Below are positions 18,025 to 27,170 of a stretch of DNA of 64,000 bases, piece by piece. The stretch is taken from the NCBI GenBank assembly GCA_028821475.1, contig JAPPGB010000073.1, forward strand, positions 71,485 through 135,484. Direction: 5' to 3'. The translations under genes and the position numbers were made by a program. The notes below the pieces were generated by a model. The model worked only from the letters and a program-made list of their open reading frames with translations, was not told where the DNA came from and ran no database searches. Source of the DNA: Spirochaetaceae bacterium (GTDB lineage Bacteria > Spirochaetota > Spirochaetia > SZUA-6 > Bin103). Positions within the stretch are counted from its first letter, which is position 1; the number at the start of each line of letters is the position of its first letter.

Positions 18025-19400
18025 ACCGTCACTTCCCGTTCGACTGTCGAATCTTCTTCCGATTCCCCGGCGCTGCCAAGGCCATCTTCTCCGGGTAGTA
18101 CAGTGACTGCCGATCGCACATCGAGCTTGCCGGTGACGACGTCGGCGATGAGACGGGTGCCGTACTCGCGGACTACGTCGATCTGCCGCTCTACTTGTTG
18201 TATCGCTTCCCTTATGATCACAGCGTTGCGGTCTATCGCGTCGGCGACAAGCACTTGCTCATCCGGCGGCGGACAAGGGGATGGCATCTGTTTGAAGTCC
18301 TCCCAGTACAACCGATTGCGGTCCTTGACGATGCCTCGGGAGTACTTGTCAACCTCAACCATATAGGCGCTGGTCCGGAATAGGGAGCCGAAGTAACGTG
18401 GATCGTTTCCTGGCAACGCCTTGGCAACGACGTATGCGGGGCTTACCAGGCCATTGACCGGAGTAACCCCGACGGCTCCTTGCCACATTCGCATCATGTT
18501 ATAGGCGATATCCCCCTTGACTGCCCGCTTGTAATCGCCGCGATTCGACATCGTTTGTTTTCTGCCTGACTTCTCGAACTCGCGCACACGAACACCGGTT
18601 TTCAACGAGACCTCTAGAATCGGAAGGTCAGGGAACCCGATCTCGTTACGCTGAACAAAAAGACGGCGATTTCTAACCATCTCCCAATGCGCCGGGATGT
18701 TTCTCAACCAATCCACGCCGGAGGATTTGTATGACGCGTACCGCTCACCGGTGCGCACGTCGATCTGGCCCGTGACGGCTTGTTGAATGACGGTCTGCCT
18801 CTGCTCCTTCAGCAGATCGATCAACTTGTGCTTGGAGCGGATATAACGCCGAATGCGCCGGTCTGCGTGTCTGAGGACCCGGACGATCTCGGCTTGCTCT
18901 GAGAGAGGCGGTCGAGCGACTGGCATCGCCCCCATGAATTGCCAGCTAGCGCGGGGCATCTTCGCCCCAAATGTCGAGCTGTCTACGGCGTCGATTAGCG
19001 GCTTAGAGCGCAGAAGGTGCTCCAGGTATGCTCCTACGTAGGTTCGGCTTCGCGGTCGAAGAACGAGGAACTCCCCGACGCATAGGCCAGTGACCGGAGA
19101 GCGGGCGACTTTCGCCAGATATGGGCGCAGCTTACCATACAAGACGTCGCCGGCTTGAAAGCGCTTCAACTGACTGTCAAACGACGACCCCAAGTCCGCA
19201 TGAGTAACGCGACCGGTCCAGCTCTCTACGTTCTCCAAGGCGACGACAATGTCGCCCTCCCTCGGAGTTTCTGACGCGTATTCCAGTACGTTGGTTACAG
19301 ACGACTTGAGCCGCAACATCTTCCAGTGCGCGGGAATCTCGCCCAGCCAATCGATGCCGGAGTCCTTCATTTCGGGGTAACTCTTCAGGCCAGCGAACAT
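18021..19400 (-). CDS. hsdS: Type I R-M specificity subunit
   Basis: Two target-recognition halves, each introduced by DWL(G/R)(E/N)IPAHW(K/E)M, and conserved coiled-coil spacers. ATG at 19400 (MFAGLK) chosen inside ORF 18021..19628. Confidence 0.85.
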   Translation of the reverse strand: MFAGLKSYPEMKDSGIDWLGEIPAHWKMLRLKSSVTNVLEYASETPREGDIVVALENVESWTGRVTHADLGSSFDSQLKRFQAGDVLYGKLRPYLAKVARSPVTGLCVGEFLVLRPRSRTYVGAYLEHLLRSKPLIDAVDSSTFGAKMPRASWQFMGAMPVARPPLSEQAEIVRVLRHADRRIRRYIRSKHKLIDLLKEQRQTVIQQAVTGQIDVRTGERYASYKSSGVDWLRNIPAHWEMVRNRRLFVQRNEIGFPDLPILEVSLKTGVRVREFEKSGRKQTMSNRGDYKRAVKGDIAYNMMRMWQGAVGVTPVNGLVSPAYVVAKALPGNDPRYFGSLFRTSAYMVEVDKYSRGIVKDRNRLYWEDFKQMPSPCPPPDEQVLVADAIDRNAVIIREAIQQVERQIDVVREYGTRLIADVVTGKLDVRSAVTVLPGEDGLGSAGESEEDSTVEREVTV

Positions 19401-19416
19401 GAGCAGCTGGTCGTAG

Positions 19417-19686
19417 TTACTCGCTTCCAGGCGGGAGGAGGACGGAGTCTTGTCGGGGCACGGGACTGCCGGTCGAGTGCTCCGGAGCGGACTCGCCGTC
19501 TCGACCTTCCTGCGGCCGCAGCCGGTTGACGAGGCGGCGCAGGAGAGGGTCCGAGAAATCTCTGTTATTGAGCCACCGGACCCGTTCTTCAGGGGACATC
19601 CCGGCCAACTCGACACTGAGGCGATCACGAATCTCGCGCGTAGTCTTCACGCAGTCGAACCCTTTCTTGTCTCGCGTAGTAGTCAA
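19417..19686 (-). CDS. Small hypothetical protein between hsdM and hsdS
   Basis: 89-aa ORF (MTTTRDKKGFDCVKTTREIRDRLSVELAGMSPEERVRWL...). Its start overlaps the hsdM stop by 4 nt. No domain recognised. Confidence 0.5.
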   Translation of the reverse strand: MTTTRDKKGFDCVKTTREIRDRLSVELAGMSPEERVRWLNNRDFSDPLLRRLVNRLRPQEGRDGESAPEHSTGSPVPRQDSVLLPPGSE

Positions 19687-22124
19687 ATTCCTACCTCCAT
19701 CGGGCTTCGAATGTCCAGTATGCCATACCCCATCTCGCGGTTGACCTCGTTGAACGTCCTGATGCGCTGCACATTCACGACGTGCTTGAAATTCCAGCTC
19801 ACAAGAACATCGACTTGGGCGATTGCGGCGTTGGCGATATGCAGTGCGTCCGGCAGCATTCGCTGAGTCAGCGCACCACGCTTGATATACTTGGCGGCAA
19901 GCACATCCGCCTCGGTAGTGACTTCGAGCGTTTCAATGTGTGCAGCGGGTACGCCGAGGAGAACCTCGCGGACACGCCGGGGCGCGGCTCGAAGTTCCTC
20001 CACCACCAGCGGCGAGAGGACGAGCGTCATCTCGCCTTGAGTGAATCTCTGGATCAGCCGGCGCGAAGGTTCGCGGAACTCTTCGTCCTCGCAACCCCCA
20101 ATCACGGACGTATCCACGTAGATGCGGAGCTTCGAGACTGGCGATTGGGCGGTCTCCCCGAGGATCTGGTCCAATAGCCCCTCAGTCTCCCTTTCCAGCA
20201 TTGAGATGTCAGCACGGATCTCTCCCAACGTCCGCATGGGCAACGGGTTGTAGAAGTAGCGGGTGAAGCTGATCTCGTAGCCGATCCGTACGCTGTCCCG
20301 CTGGTACCAGGCGTCTGACGCGTAGGGCAGAACCTCACGGCGCAGAAAGGCCTCGATGCCGCCGGCCTCCTGCAGCGGGATCTGCTCGGTGTCGCGCAGG
20401 TCGGGGTCGGGCTCGTACTCCACCACGGCGGGCCTGCCGTCGACGGTGGCTGCGAACCGGCCGCGCAGTGGATCGGCGTCGGTGCCTCGCATGTGGATCT
20501 TCCGGATAACCGGCGTCCCGGTTTCGCTACGCTCGTCGCGCTCCTTCAGCTTCTTGATCTCGGCGGCCGTGTAGGCACGGTTGGGGTCGGCCCCCGCAAA
20601 GCGGAGGGGACGCTCCACCGTGACCTTCCAGTAACCGAAGGCGTCATTATCGAAGATCTTGCTCTGCTCGGTCCCCTCGAAGGCGAGGAAGGTGTCGCAG
20701 ATGCGGGCGATGTCCTCGTCACCGAGTTCGCAGTTCTTCCTGCCCAAGTTCTTGCGTAGCGGACGGTGCCACCCGGTGGCGTCGATCAACTGCACCTTGC
20801 CGCGGCGGTGCTCGGGCTTGCGGTTGGTGAGCACCCAGACGTAGGTGGCGATGCCGGTGTTGTAGAACATGTTGAGCGGCAGGGCGACGATCGCCTCCAG
20901 CCAGTCGTTCTCGATGATCCAGCGGCGGATGTTGCTCTCGCCCTGGCCGGCAGCGCCGGTGAACAGGGAGCTGCCGTTGTGCACTTCGGCGATACGGCTG
21001 CCGAGCGCGGTGCCCTGCTTCATCTTGGAGAGCTTGTTGGCCAGGAAGAGCATCTGGCCGTCGCTGGAGCGGGTCACCAGGGAGTACTCGGGGTCGCCGG
21101 CGTGCTCGATCACGAAGCGGGGGTCGCGCATATCGCGCTTGCCGCCCATACGGTCCAAGTCGGTCTTCCAGCTTTTGCCGTAGGGCGGATTGGAGAGCAT
21201 GAAGTCGAACTCGTGCGACGGGAAGGCGTCCTTGAACAGGGTGGAATGCTCGGGGCCTCCGACGATGTTGTCGGCGGCCTCGCCCTCACCCTTCAGCAGC
21301 AGGTCTGCCTTGCAGATGGCGTAGGTCTCGGCGTTGATCTCCTGGCCGTACAGGTGGGTGGCAACCTCCTTGCCACGCTCAGCGGCAAGTTCCTGCAGCG
21401 TCTCCTCGGCCACGGTCAGCATGCCGCCGGTGCCGCAGGCGCCGTCGTACAGCAAGTAGGTGCCGGATGCGATCTGGTCGGCGATGGGCTGGAACACCAA
21501 ATTCGCCATCAGCCGGACCGCGTCGCGCGGCGTCCAGTGCTCGCCCGCCTCCTCGTTGTTCTCCTCGTTGAAGCGGCGCACCAGCTCCTCGAAGATCGTC
21601 CCCATGCCGTGGTTGTCGAGGCCGGGATGCTTGACCGAGCCGTCGACGTTGCGCACCGGGGCGGGGCTCAGATTGATGTCGGGCGAGGTGAGCTTCTCGA
21701 TCAGGGTGCCCAGGGCGTCAGCGCGGGACAGGCGGGGGATCTGGTTGCGGAACTCGAAGTTGTCGAGGATGTCCTGCACGTTGGGCGAGAATCCGTCGAG
21801 GTACGCCGCGAAGTCGGCAGTGAGCTGCTGGCGGTTGGCGCGGGCGCGCAGGTCCCGCAGCGTGAAGCGGGAGGTGTTGTAGAACGCCTGCCGCGCCGCC
21901 TGGCGCAGGGCCGGATCCTGCTCGACCACGCCGGCGCCGTCTAGCGAGGCCTTCATGTCCAGGACCGCCTGCTTGCTGCCCTCAAGGACAGCGTCGATGC
22001 GGCGCAGCACGGTCATCGGCAAGATCACGTCCCGGTACTTGCCACGCACGTACAGGTCGCGCAGCACATCGTCGGCGATGCCCCAGATGTAATTCGCGAT
22101 CCAGTTCAGGTCGCCGTTGCTCAT
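19683..22124 (-). CDS. hsdM: Type I R-M N6-adenine DNA methyltransferase with an in-frame C-terminal PIN-like domain
   Basis: HsdM N-terminus (NWIANYIWGIADDVLRDLYVRGKYRDVILPMTVLRRID) and catalytic MLSNPPYGKSW. The last 150 aa (LRIYVDTSVIGG...LPDALHIANAAIAQVDVLVSWNFKHVVN...) resemble a stand-alone PIN-like family. There is no stop between the two parts. Confidence 0.9.
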   Translation of the reverse strand: MSNGDLNWIANYIWGIADDVLRDLYVRGKYRDVILPMTVLRRIDAVLEGSKQAVLDMKASLDGAGVVEQDPALRQAARQAFYNTSRFTLRDLRARANRQQLTADFAAYLDGFSPNVQDILDNFEFRNQIPRLSRADALGTLIEKLTSPDINLSPAPVRNVDGSVKHPGLDNHGMGTIFEELVRRFNEENNEEAGEHWTPRDAVRLMANLVFQPIADQIASGTYLLYDGACGTGGMLTVAEETLQELAAERGKEVATHLYGQEINAETYAICKADLLLKGEGEAADNIVGGPEHSTLFKDAFPSHEFDFMLSNPPYGKSWKTDLDRMGGKRDMRDPRFVIEHAGDPEYSLVTRSSDGQMLFLANKLSKMKQGTALGSRIAEVHNGSSLFTGAAGQGESNIRRWIIENDWLEAIVALPLNMFYNTGIATYVWVLTNRKPEHRRGKVQLIDATGWHRPLRKNLGRKNCELGDEDIARICDTFLAFEGTEQSKIFDNDAFGYWKVTVERPLRFAGADPNRAYTAAEIKKLKERDERSETGTPVIRKIHMRGTDADPLRGRFAATVDGRPAVVEYEPDPDLRDTEQIPLQEAGGIEAFLRREVLPYASDAWYQRDSVRIGYEISFTRYFYNPLPMRTLGEIRADISMLERETEGLLDQILGETAQSPVSKLRIYVDTSVIGGCEDEEFREPSRRLIQRFTQGEMTLVLSPLVVEELRAAPRRVREVLLGVPAAHIETLEVTTEADVLAAKYIKRGALTQRMLPDALHIANAAIAQVDVLVSWNFKHVVNVQRIRTFNEVNREMGYGILDIRSPMEVGI

Positions 22125-22310
22125 CTTCGCGCTACTTCCTCGCGTGGCGGCACGGGGCGCAGAGCCATCGATCCACGTTGGCTATGAGCTGCTCCTGGCT
22201 CACGGATACTCAACGCGACCTGCCATCTCGTCGGTTTCCAGCACCTCGTGAATCACCATCAACCCGCGAATGATCTTGCCCACCCCGTGCTCCTGGATCC
22301 GTCGTGCTTG

Positions 22311-23096
22311 TCATGCTGCCCCGCTCAGAACAGCGGCGAACTCGTCCGGCCGTGACCAGCGTGACACCATGGACAGCGGCTCGACCAACCGAAAGTCCTC
22401 GTCCGCCCATACGTCGGCGGTGTCGTCGAACAGCGAGACGAAGGTTAGCGCTTCCGGCCCGGTTGCAAGGTGATTCAGGTCGTGCCAGGCCGCCAACACG
22501 TGCTCGGAGACTCGGTGGGCCGCCGCCCGATTTCCGGTGCTCAGCACCTGAACCAATGAACTTCGAGACTCGGCCCGAACGTGGAAATCGACCGTCCAAC
22601 CACGTCCCGACCGGCCGGCGAGTCTCTCGGAGCGCTCGAATCCTAGCTCGCGGTCGTCGAGAAAATCTGCTACTTCGTCCGTAATTGACTGCACGGCCTG
22701 CGTTCGAAACGTAAACCACAAGTCGGAAACCCGCAGAGCCGCCTGCGCGACCCGCGTAACGACGGAAGCCAATTCGTCGCCGCGACGGCACCGCGCCTGA
22801 AGCATTCCGCGGTAGAGCTCTATCCCATGAGTCACACAAGTATCTTCTATAAGTCGTCTTTGCTTCGGAGAACGGCGCAGGGCCAGAGACTGCATGCGCA
22901 GCCAACCCGTGGTCTCAGCGAGGTCGCTTACCGTCACTACGTCATCGACAACCTTACAGAAGAGATCGATGTGATCGCCGTCCGGGTAGAGATAGGGCGT
23001 GCGTATTCTCTGATATTCGCCGTGATTTGAACACGTGAACAATGCGCCGATCTCTCGCTGCAGATCCTGGTACACGCAACGGTCTTTCATTACCAC
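22311..23096 (-). CDS. DUF1828/DUF1829-like protein
   Basis: 261 aa. The N-terminal pattern FTCSNHGEYQRIRTPYLYPDGDHIDLFC recalls DUF1828. Assignment is from memory of the family pattern only. Confidence 0.55.
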   Translation of the reverse strand: MVMKDRCVYQDLQREIGALFTCSNHGEYQRIRTPYLYPDGDHIDLFCKVVDDVVTVSDLAETTGWLRMQSLALRRSPKQRRLIEDTCVTHGIELYRGMLQARCRRGDELASVVTRVAQAALRVSDLWFTFRTQAVQSITDEVADFLDDRELGFERSERLAGRSGRGWTVDFHVRAESRSSLVQVLSTGNRAAAHRVSEHVLAAWHDLNHLATGPEALTFVSLFDDTADVWADEDFRLVEPLSMVSRWSRPDEFAAVLSGAA

Positions 23097-23545
23097 AACT
23101 CCTTCTGTATCGCAGGGGGCCCGGTCATTCTACCGTTGTGTCGAATGCGTGCTTCGATGCAGAATTCCTTCCAAACCACGACCGGATCCGAAACAGGAGC
23201 CGTCACATCGGTACGCACATAGGCTTTTTTGTCGCGATAACGCTCCGTCCAGATGTGTTTATGCTTCTCTCCAACCTGATCACATTGCGGATTGTGGTGA
23301 TCCTTACCGAGGTCGAGAGCGTATATGCGTCCTTCCGTCTTCAGAATGAGCGCGTAATTCAGCGTCCCGGCCGCCGCGTTGTAGCGTCCCTTTACGAACA
23401 ACGGCCACCCACCCGTCGAGTCGACGTTGACACGGAACTCAAACGCCGGGGAGTGGTCCTCGTCCTCATTCCAGGCAAGGTCCTGCTCGATACGCTTGGT
23501 GTCGTCACTCAGGATGGAAGCGAATTCGCCGTCAGTCAAAGGCAC
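23090..23545 (-). CDS. Hypothetical protein with a His-rich motif DLGKDHHNP...GEKHKHIW
   Basis: 151-aa ORF overlapping the downstream DUF1828 gene by 7 nt. No confident domain call. Confidence 0.5.
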   Translation of the reverse strand: MPLTDGEFASILSDDTKRIEQDLAWNEDEDHSPAFEFRVNVDSTGGWPLFVKGRYNAAAGTLNYALILKTEGRIYALDLGKDHHNPQCDQVGEKHKHIWTERYRDKKAYVRTDVTAPVSDPVVVWKEFCIEARIRHNGRMTGPPAIQKELW

Positions 23546-23830
23546 TCTGATTCTCTACCTCTACGATTCCCGTAGTAAGCGGAGCGTGCGTGTGCGTCAG
23601 CCGCACGTAAACCCATCGTCGAAGGACTGGCAAGCTTTGCCATCCTTCCATGCGGCACCGCTCCGCTCCCTGATAGAATACCAACGACGGCGTCAGTGGC
23701 AACCGGCTTTGGGTTGGCGCATAGCCCTGCTCAGGCACCACGGGACGGGACGTCGGGCGACCGCGTCGGCTAGGCGGTGGCCGCACTGGGATCGTGTTGC
23801 GGTAGCTGCGTCTTATGTCGCGCTCCTCCT

Positions 23831-24226
23831 TTATTCGGTCCACGACGTCGTGGATCGGCGGGAGGCGGCTTGGCGGGCGACTTCGGCGGCGAACCGGTGG
23901 GCGACGTCCAGGAGGCCGCGCAACTCGGTGGCGGTCGGGGCAAGGTCGTAGGGGTGGTGGTGGCAGGCGCGGCTCAGGTCGGACCACGCGGCGGCGGTTT
24001 CACGCGCGAGGTCGCGGTTGCTCAGGTAGGCGGTGAGGCACAGCAGTTGCGCGTGCCACGTGCCGTGTTCCATGCCCGGCTCACGCAGGGCCCAGTATTG
24101 GCGCAGCGCTTCCTCGATCGCATGTCGAGCGAGCACCGCTGCCACCCGCGGCCAGCCGTCGACGCGGGTGCTCCGGCCAAGTCCGGCCAGCGCATCCGCC
24201 GCCGCGAGGATCGCCACCGGCGTCAT
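23831..24226 (-). CDS. Hypothetical alpha-helical protein downstream of the ATPase remnant
   Basis: ATG at 24226 (MTPVAILAAADALAGLG) lies 5 nt after the ATPase stop codon. Helical composition and a RACHHHPYD segment. Confidence 0.45.
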   Translation of the reverse strand: MTPVAILAAADALAGLGRSTRVDGWPRVAAVLARHAIEEALRQYWALREPGMEHGTWHAQLLCLTAYLSNRDLARETAAAWSDLSRACHHHPYDLAPTATELRGLLDVAHRFAAEVARQAASRRSTTSWTE

Positions 24227-24231
24227 GGCGG

Positions 24232-25553
24232 CTATGGCCGCTTGCTGAGCCAGCGCGACAGGCGTTCGGTCGCGCGGACCATCGGCGGCAGGTCCCCGGC
24301 CGCGTCGGCGGCCCCGTGCGCTCCACTGTTCGCCCACCTGACTGCGTCAGCCCAGCCATGGTCGGAGCGGTTGATTGTGCCCAGTACCTCGCCGGTGCGT
24401 CCGGCATCATCGAACATGGCGAGCGCCAGTTTGGCCATCAGGGTGCGTGCGGCGTTCAGCATGTCGTCGGTGTCGGCGTGCGGCTCGCCGCGCCCGATCC
24501 GCCGGCGGCGGACCACGTCCGTGCACGCCGATTCCATCGCCAGGCGGCAGAACAGCGGCACCGCTCGTGCCGCGGCGCCCGCGGGCAGACCATCTGTGCG
24601 CAGCAACGCGCGAGCATCGCTCAGGTACTGCGTCACCGGGTCTGCGACGATGCGGCACTCCACCTCCGAGCCCAATCGCCTGACCACTTCGATGACATGC
24701 GCCGGAATCTGCAGGCGGCGAACCGATTCCGGAAGACGCTCGTCGTGCGTAAAGACGACGACCTGCCGCTCTTGTGCCACCGTGGCGAGCACGCGCGCGA
24801 GACCGTCAACCTTGCCCGGGTCCATCGCCTGCACCGGATCGTCGATCACCACGAATCCGAACGGAGATTCCGGCAGCAGCACCCGCGGCAGAAACAAACT
24901 GAGCCCGAGCGCGTGGATCTCCCCCTGGCTCATCACGCCGAGCGCTTGGCCGTCGGTTCCGTCCACACTGACGTCCAGAACGAGGTGACGCCGCGTTACC
25001 GCTCCTTCGAGCGTCAAACGGTCCAGCGATACACTGCTGTTCTGCCGGAGTGATGCCCACACCTCCGCGGCCCGCTCCGCGATGGGACGAAACCGTTCGG
25101 CCCTGATCCGGTCAGTCTCCGCGTCGAGCCACTTCTCCGCTCTCGACAGGTCCGGAGTCGCCGCGGAAGCACGCACCGCTACGCGCGCCGCCGGCAGCCA
25201 CCTGCGCAGCGTGGCGGCCAGCGGGCGCCGTGCCTCCTCCAGTCGTTCCAACGCGGCAGCGGCCTGCTGACGGAGTGAATCCGCGGCAGCGACAGGGTTG
25301 CGTTGCTCCGCCTCCAGGAGATCGATCAGCCGTTCGACCGGTGCGTCGGTCGGTATCCTGGCCCAGCGTTCCCATGCCCGCAGAGCCGATCGGCCGCGTC
25401 CTCCAACAGGGCTCGATCCAGCGCCGCATCCCCCTCCAGCGCGGCGAGCACCAGGAGTCCCGCCCCCACGTCAAGCTGTTCATCCGCATCGACGCGTGCG
25501 CGGACCTGTCCGATCAGGGCGTTTTCGATTACTCCCATCGTCCCGTCAGACAT
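24232..25553 (-). pseudogene. ABC/SMC-type ATPase lacking the N-terminal P-loop half and carrying a frameshift
   Basis: Signature motif GVMSQGEIHALGLSLFLP, Walker B FGFVVIDDPVQAMD and D/H-loop region VVVFTHDERL are present, but no Walker A is found anywhere upstream. The 75-aa ORF 25326..25553 joins the 339-aa ORF only through a one-nt frame change near 25330-25345. Confidence 0.55.
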
Positions 25554-25631
25554 CCTAACGCATGGTCCGATTGTTCATCCGGACGCCATCTACCAGTAGG
25601 AAATCGGAACAGATTCATGATGTTCCGTTTT

Positions 25632-26552
25632 CTATGTGCTCAGGTACCACTCTACCAGGTAGGGGTACGGATTTACGGCGCATCCCTCTGTTTCCGGCGG
25701 CAACACGCGGTTCGGCGTGGGCAGAACATCAGGATCGAGCTCAAACGCAAAGCGGAACCTCTCCGGGTGACGGAGAATCAGGATTTCGAAATGAAGATGG
25801 GTGGGAAACGGTTTCGACGCAAACCCGGACCGTCCCATCCGGCCAACTTCGGCGCCAGCTTGGACGCGGCTGCCCTCCGACACTCCTTCGGCCAAGCTGT
25901 CCCAGTGCATGTAGATATAGATCCGGCGGTCATCGCCGAGCAGAGCCAGGCCGTTGCCCCAGTAGTCTTCTTCCTGATGCGCGGCGTCGAAGTGCCGGAC
26001 CGCAACAACGGTGCCGCCGGTTACGGCTGCCAGCGGGTGACCCTGATCGCCGTCCAAGTCAACCCCCAGATGCCAGCCATAGGGTACCGGATTGAGCCAG
26101 TTCTCGCCGAAGTTCCATTCGTAATCGGGCACCGGAAAACGATAGCTGCCGGGACCAGCGAGCGGCTCATCGGCAGGTCCCGCGTAGATGCGGGCATCCT
26201 TCCGGAGGTTCACCATGCTGAGCGAGTACTTGCTCCCACTCATATAGTTTCGGGTGATGTCGGCGCCGATGCGAAGCCCCTCCCGGTTGACCATGCTGAC
26301 CACGTCGCCCGCCGGATTGCCCTGCGATCTGCTGGCAAAGTGTCCCAGCGAGATCGGGATTGCCGCGCCGTTGACCCGCACGGTAGCGGATCTTTCATCA
26401 ACGTGCTGCAACTCGACGGAGCATGGCCCATTCCGGGGTGTCGTGCAAACCGTCGATTCGCCCGCGTCGAGTTCCCGATAGACACCGGACGAGGCCCAGC
26501 GCTCTCTGGGGTGTCCGCAATCGACTCGGTTGGGGATACGCTCAGTGTGCAT
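25632..26552 (-). CDS. M23-family metallopeptidase
   Basis: GWHLGVDLDG and THLHFEILI zinc-binding motifs sit in the C-terminal half of the 306-aa ORF. Confidence 0.8.
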   Translation of the reverse strand: MHTERIPNRVDCGHPRERWASSGVYRELDAGESTVCTTPRNGPCSVELQHVDERSATVRVNGAAIPISLGHFASRSQGNPAGDVVSMVNREGLRIGADITRNYMSGSKYSLSMVNLRKDARIYAGPADEPLAGPGSYRFPVPDYEWNFGENWLNPVPYGWHLGVDLDGDQGHPLAAVTGGTVVAVRHFDAAHQEEDYWGNGLALLGDDRRIYIYMHWDSLAEGVSEGSRVQAGAEVGRMGRSGFASKPFPTHLHFEILILRHPERFRFAFELDPDVLPTPNRVLPPETEGCAVNPYPYLVEWYLST

Positions 26553-26678
26553 GACTGACGTGGATACTATAGAAGCAATATCACACTTCTGACCAGTAGA
26601 TTGGAGTTTCCGCTCAGTCCAGGCAATCGAGGCGTTTGATGCAGCGATCTGCTGAAAAAATTCGATTCATGTCGTTGA

Positions 26679-26775
26679 TTACGCGCTCTTGCCGAGGCGC
26701 TCATGCCAGATGACGATGTTGGCGACGGTGACCCGATGCCCGGTGATGGAGGCTTCCTCCACACACTCCCTGAGT
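26679..26775 (-). pseudogene. Short DUF433-like fragment
   Basis: Own translation gives SLRECVEEASITGHRVTVANIVIWHERLGKSA-stop. This resembles the G-x-R-I/V-x-V core of DUF433 but covers only about 30 codons. Confidence 0.3.
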
Positions 26776-26892
26776 GATCTCGATACCATGTGTCACCACT
26801 CGGCCCGCCGTGCTTGTCATGCTGCTTGGCGAGCCGGACGCTGTGCATGTGGGTGGACGAGGACGGCATGGTGGCGCTGCGCGGGGGCCTGA

Positions 26893-27170
26893 ACCGCACG
26901 GCGTCGCGCGGGGTCCAGTGCTCGCCTGCCTCCTCGTTGTTCTCTTCGTTGAAGGGGCGCACCAGCTCCTCGAAGATCGTACCCATGCCGTGGTTGTCGA
27001 GGCCAGGATGCTTGACCGAGCCGTCCGCGTGGCGCACCGGGGCGGGGCTCAGGTTGATGTCGGGCGAGGAGATTCCGGCAACAGCACCCCGCAGAAACAG
27101 GTTGAGCCCAAGCGCGTGGATCTCCCCCTCTCATCACGACAAGCGCTTGCCCATCGGTTCCGTCGACACT
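26893..27170 (-). pseudogene. Chimeric fragment made of an hsdM internal piece fused to a piece of the ABC-type ATPase gene
   Basis: 26893-27069 aligns by eye with 21517-21689 (hsdM, encoding GSVKHPGLDNHGMGTIFEELVR.FNEENNEEAGEHWTPRDAV). 27068-27170 aligns with 24863-24969 (ATPase). There are a few substitutions and small indels, and the junction lies at GGGCGAGGAGATTCC. Confidence 0.8.

Noticed and set aside
22303-22319. 17-nt identity (CGTGCTTGTCATGCTGC) between 22303-22319 and 26809-26825, possibly another recombination joint
   Set aside because: A single 17-mer match within a 64-kb window is not clearly beyond chance, and the flanks do not align. Noted only as context for the mosaic at 26.6-27.2 kb.
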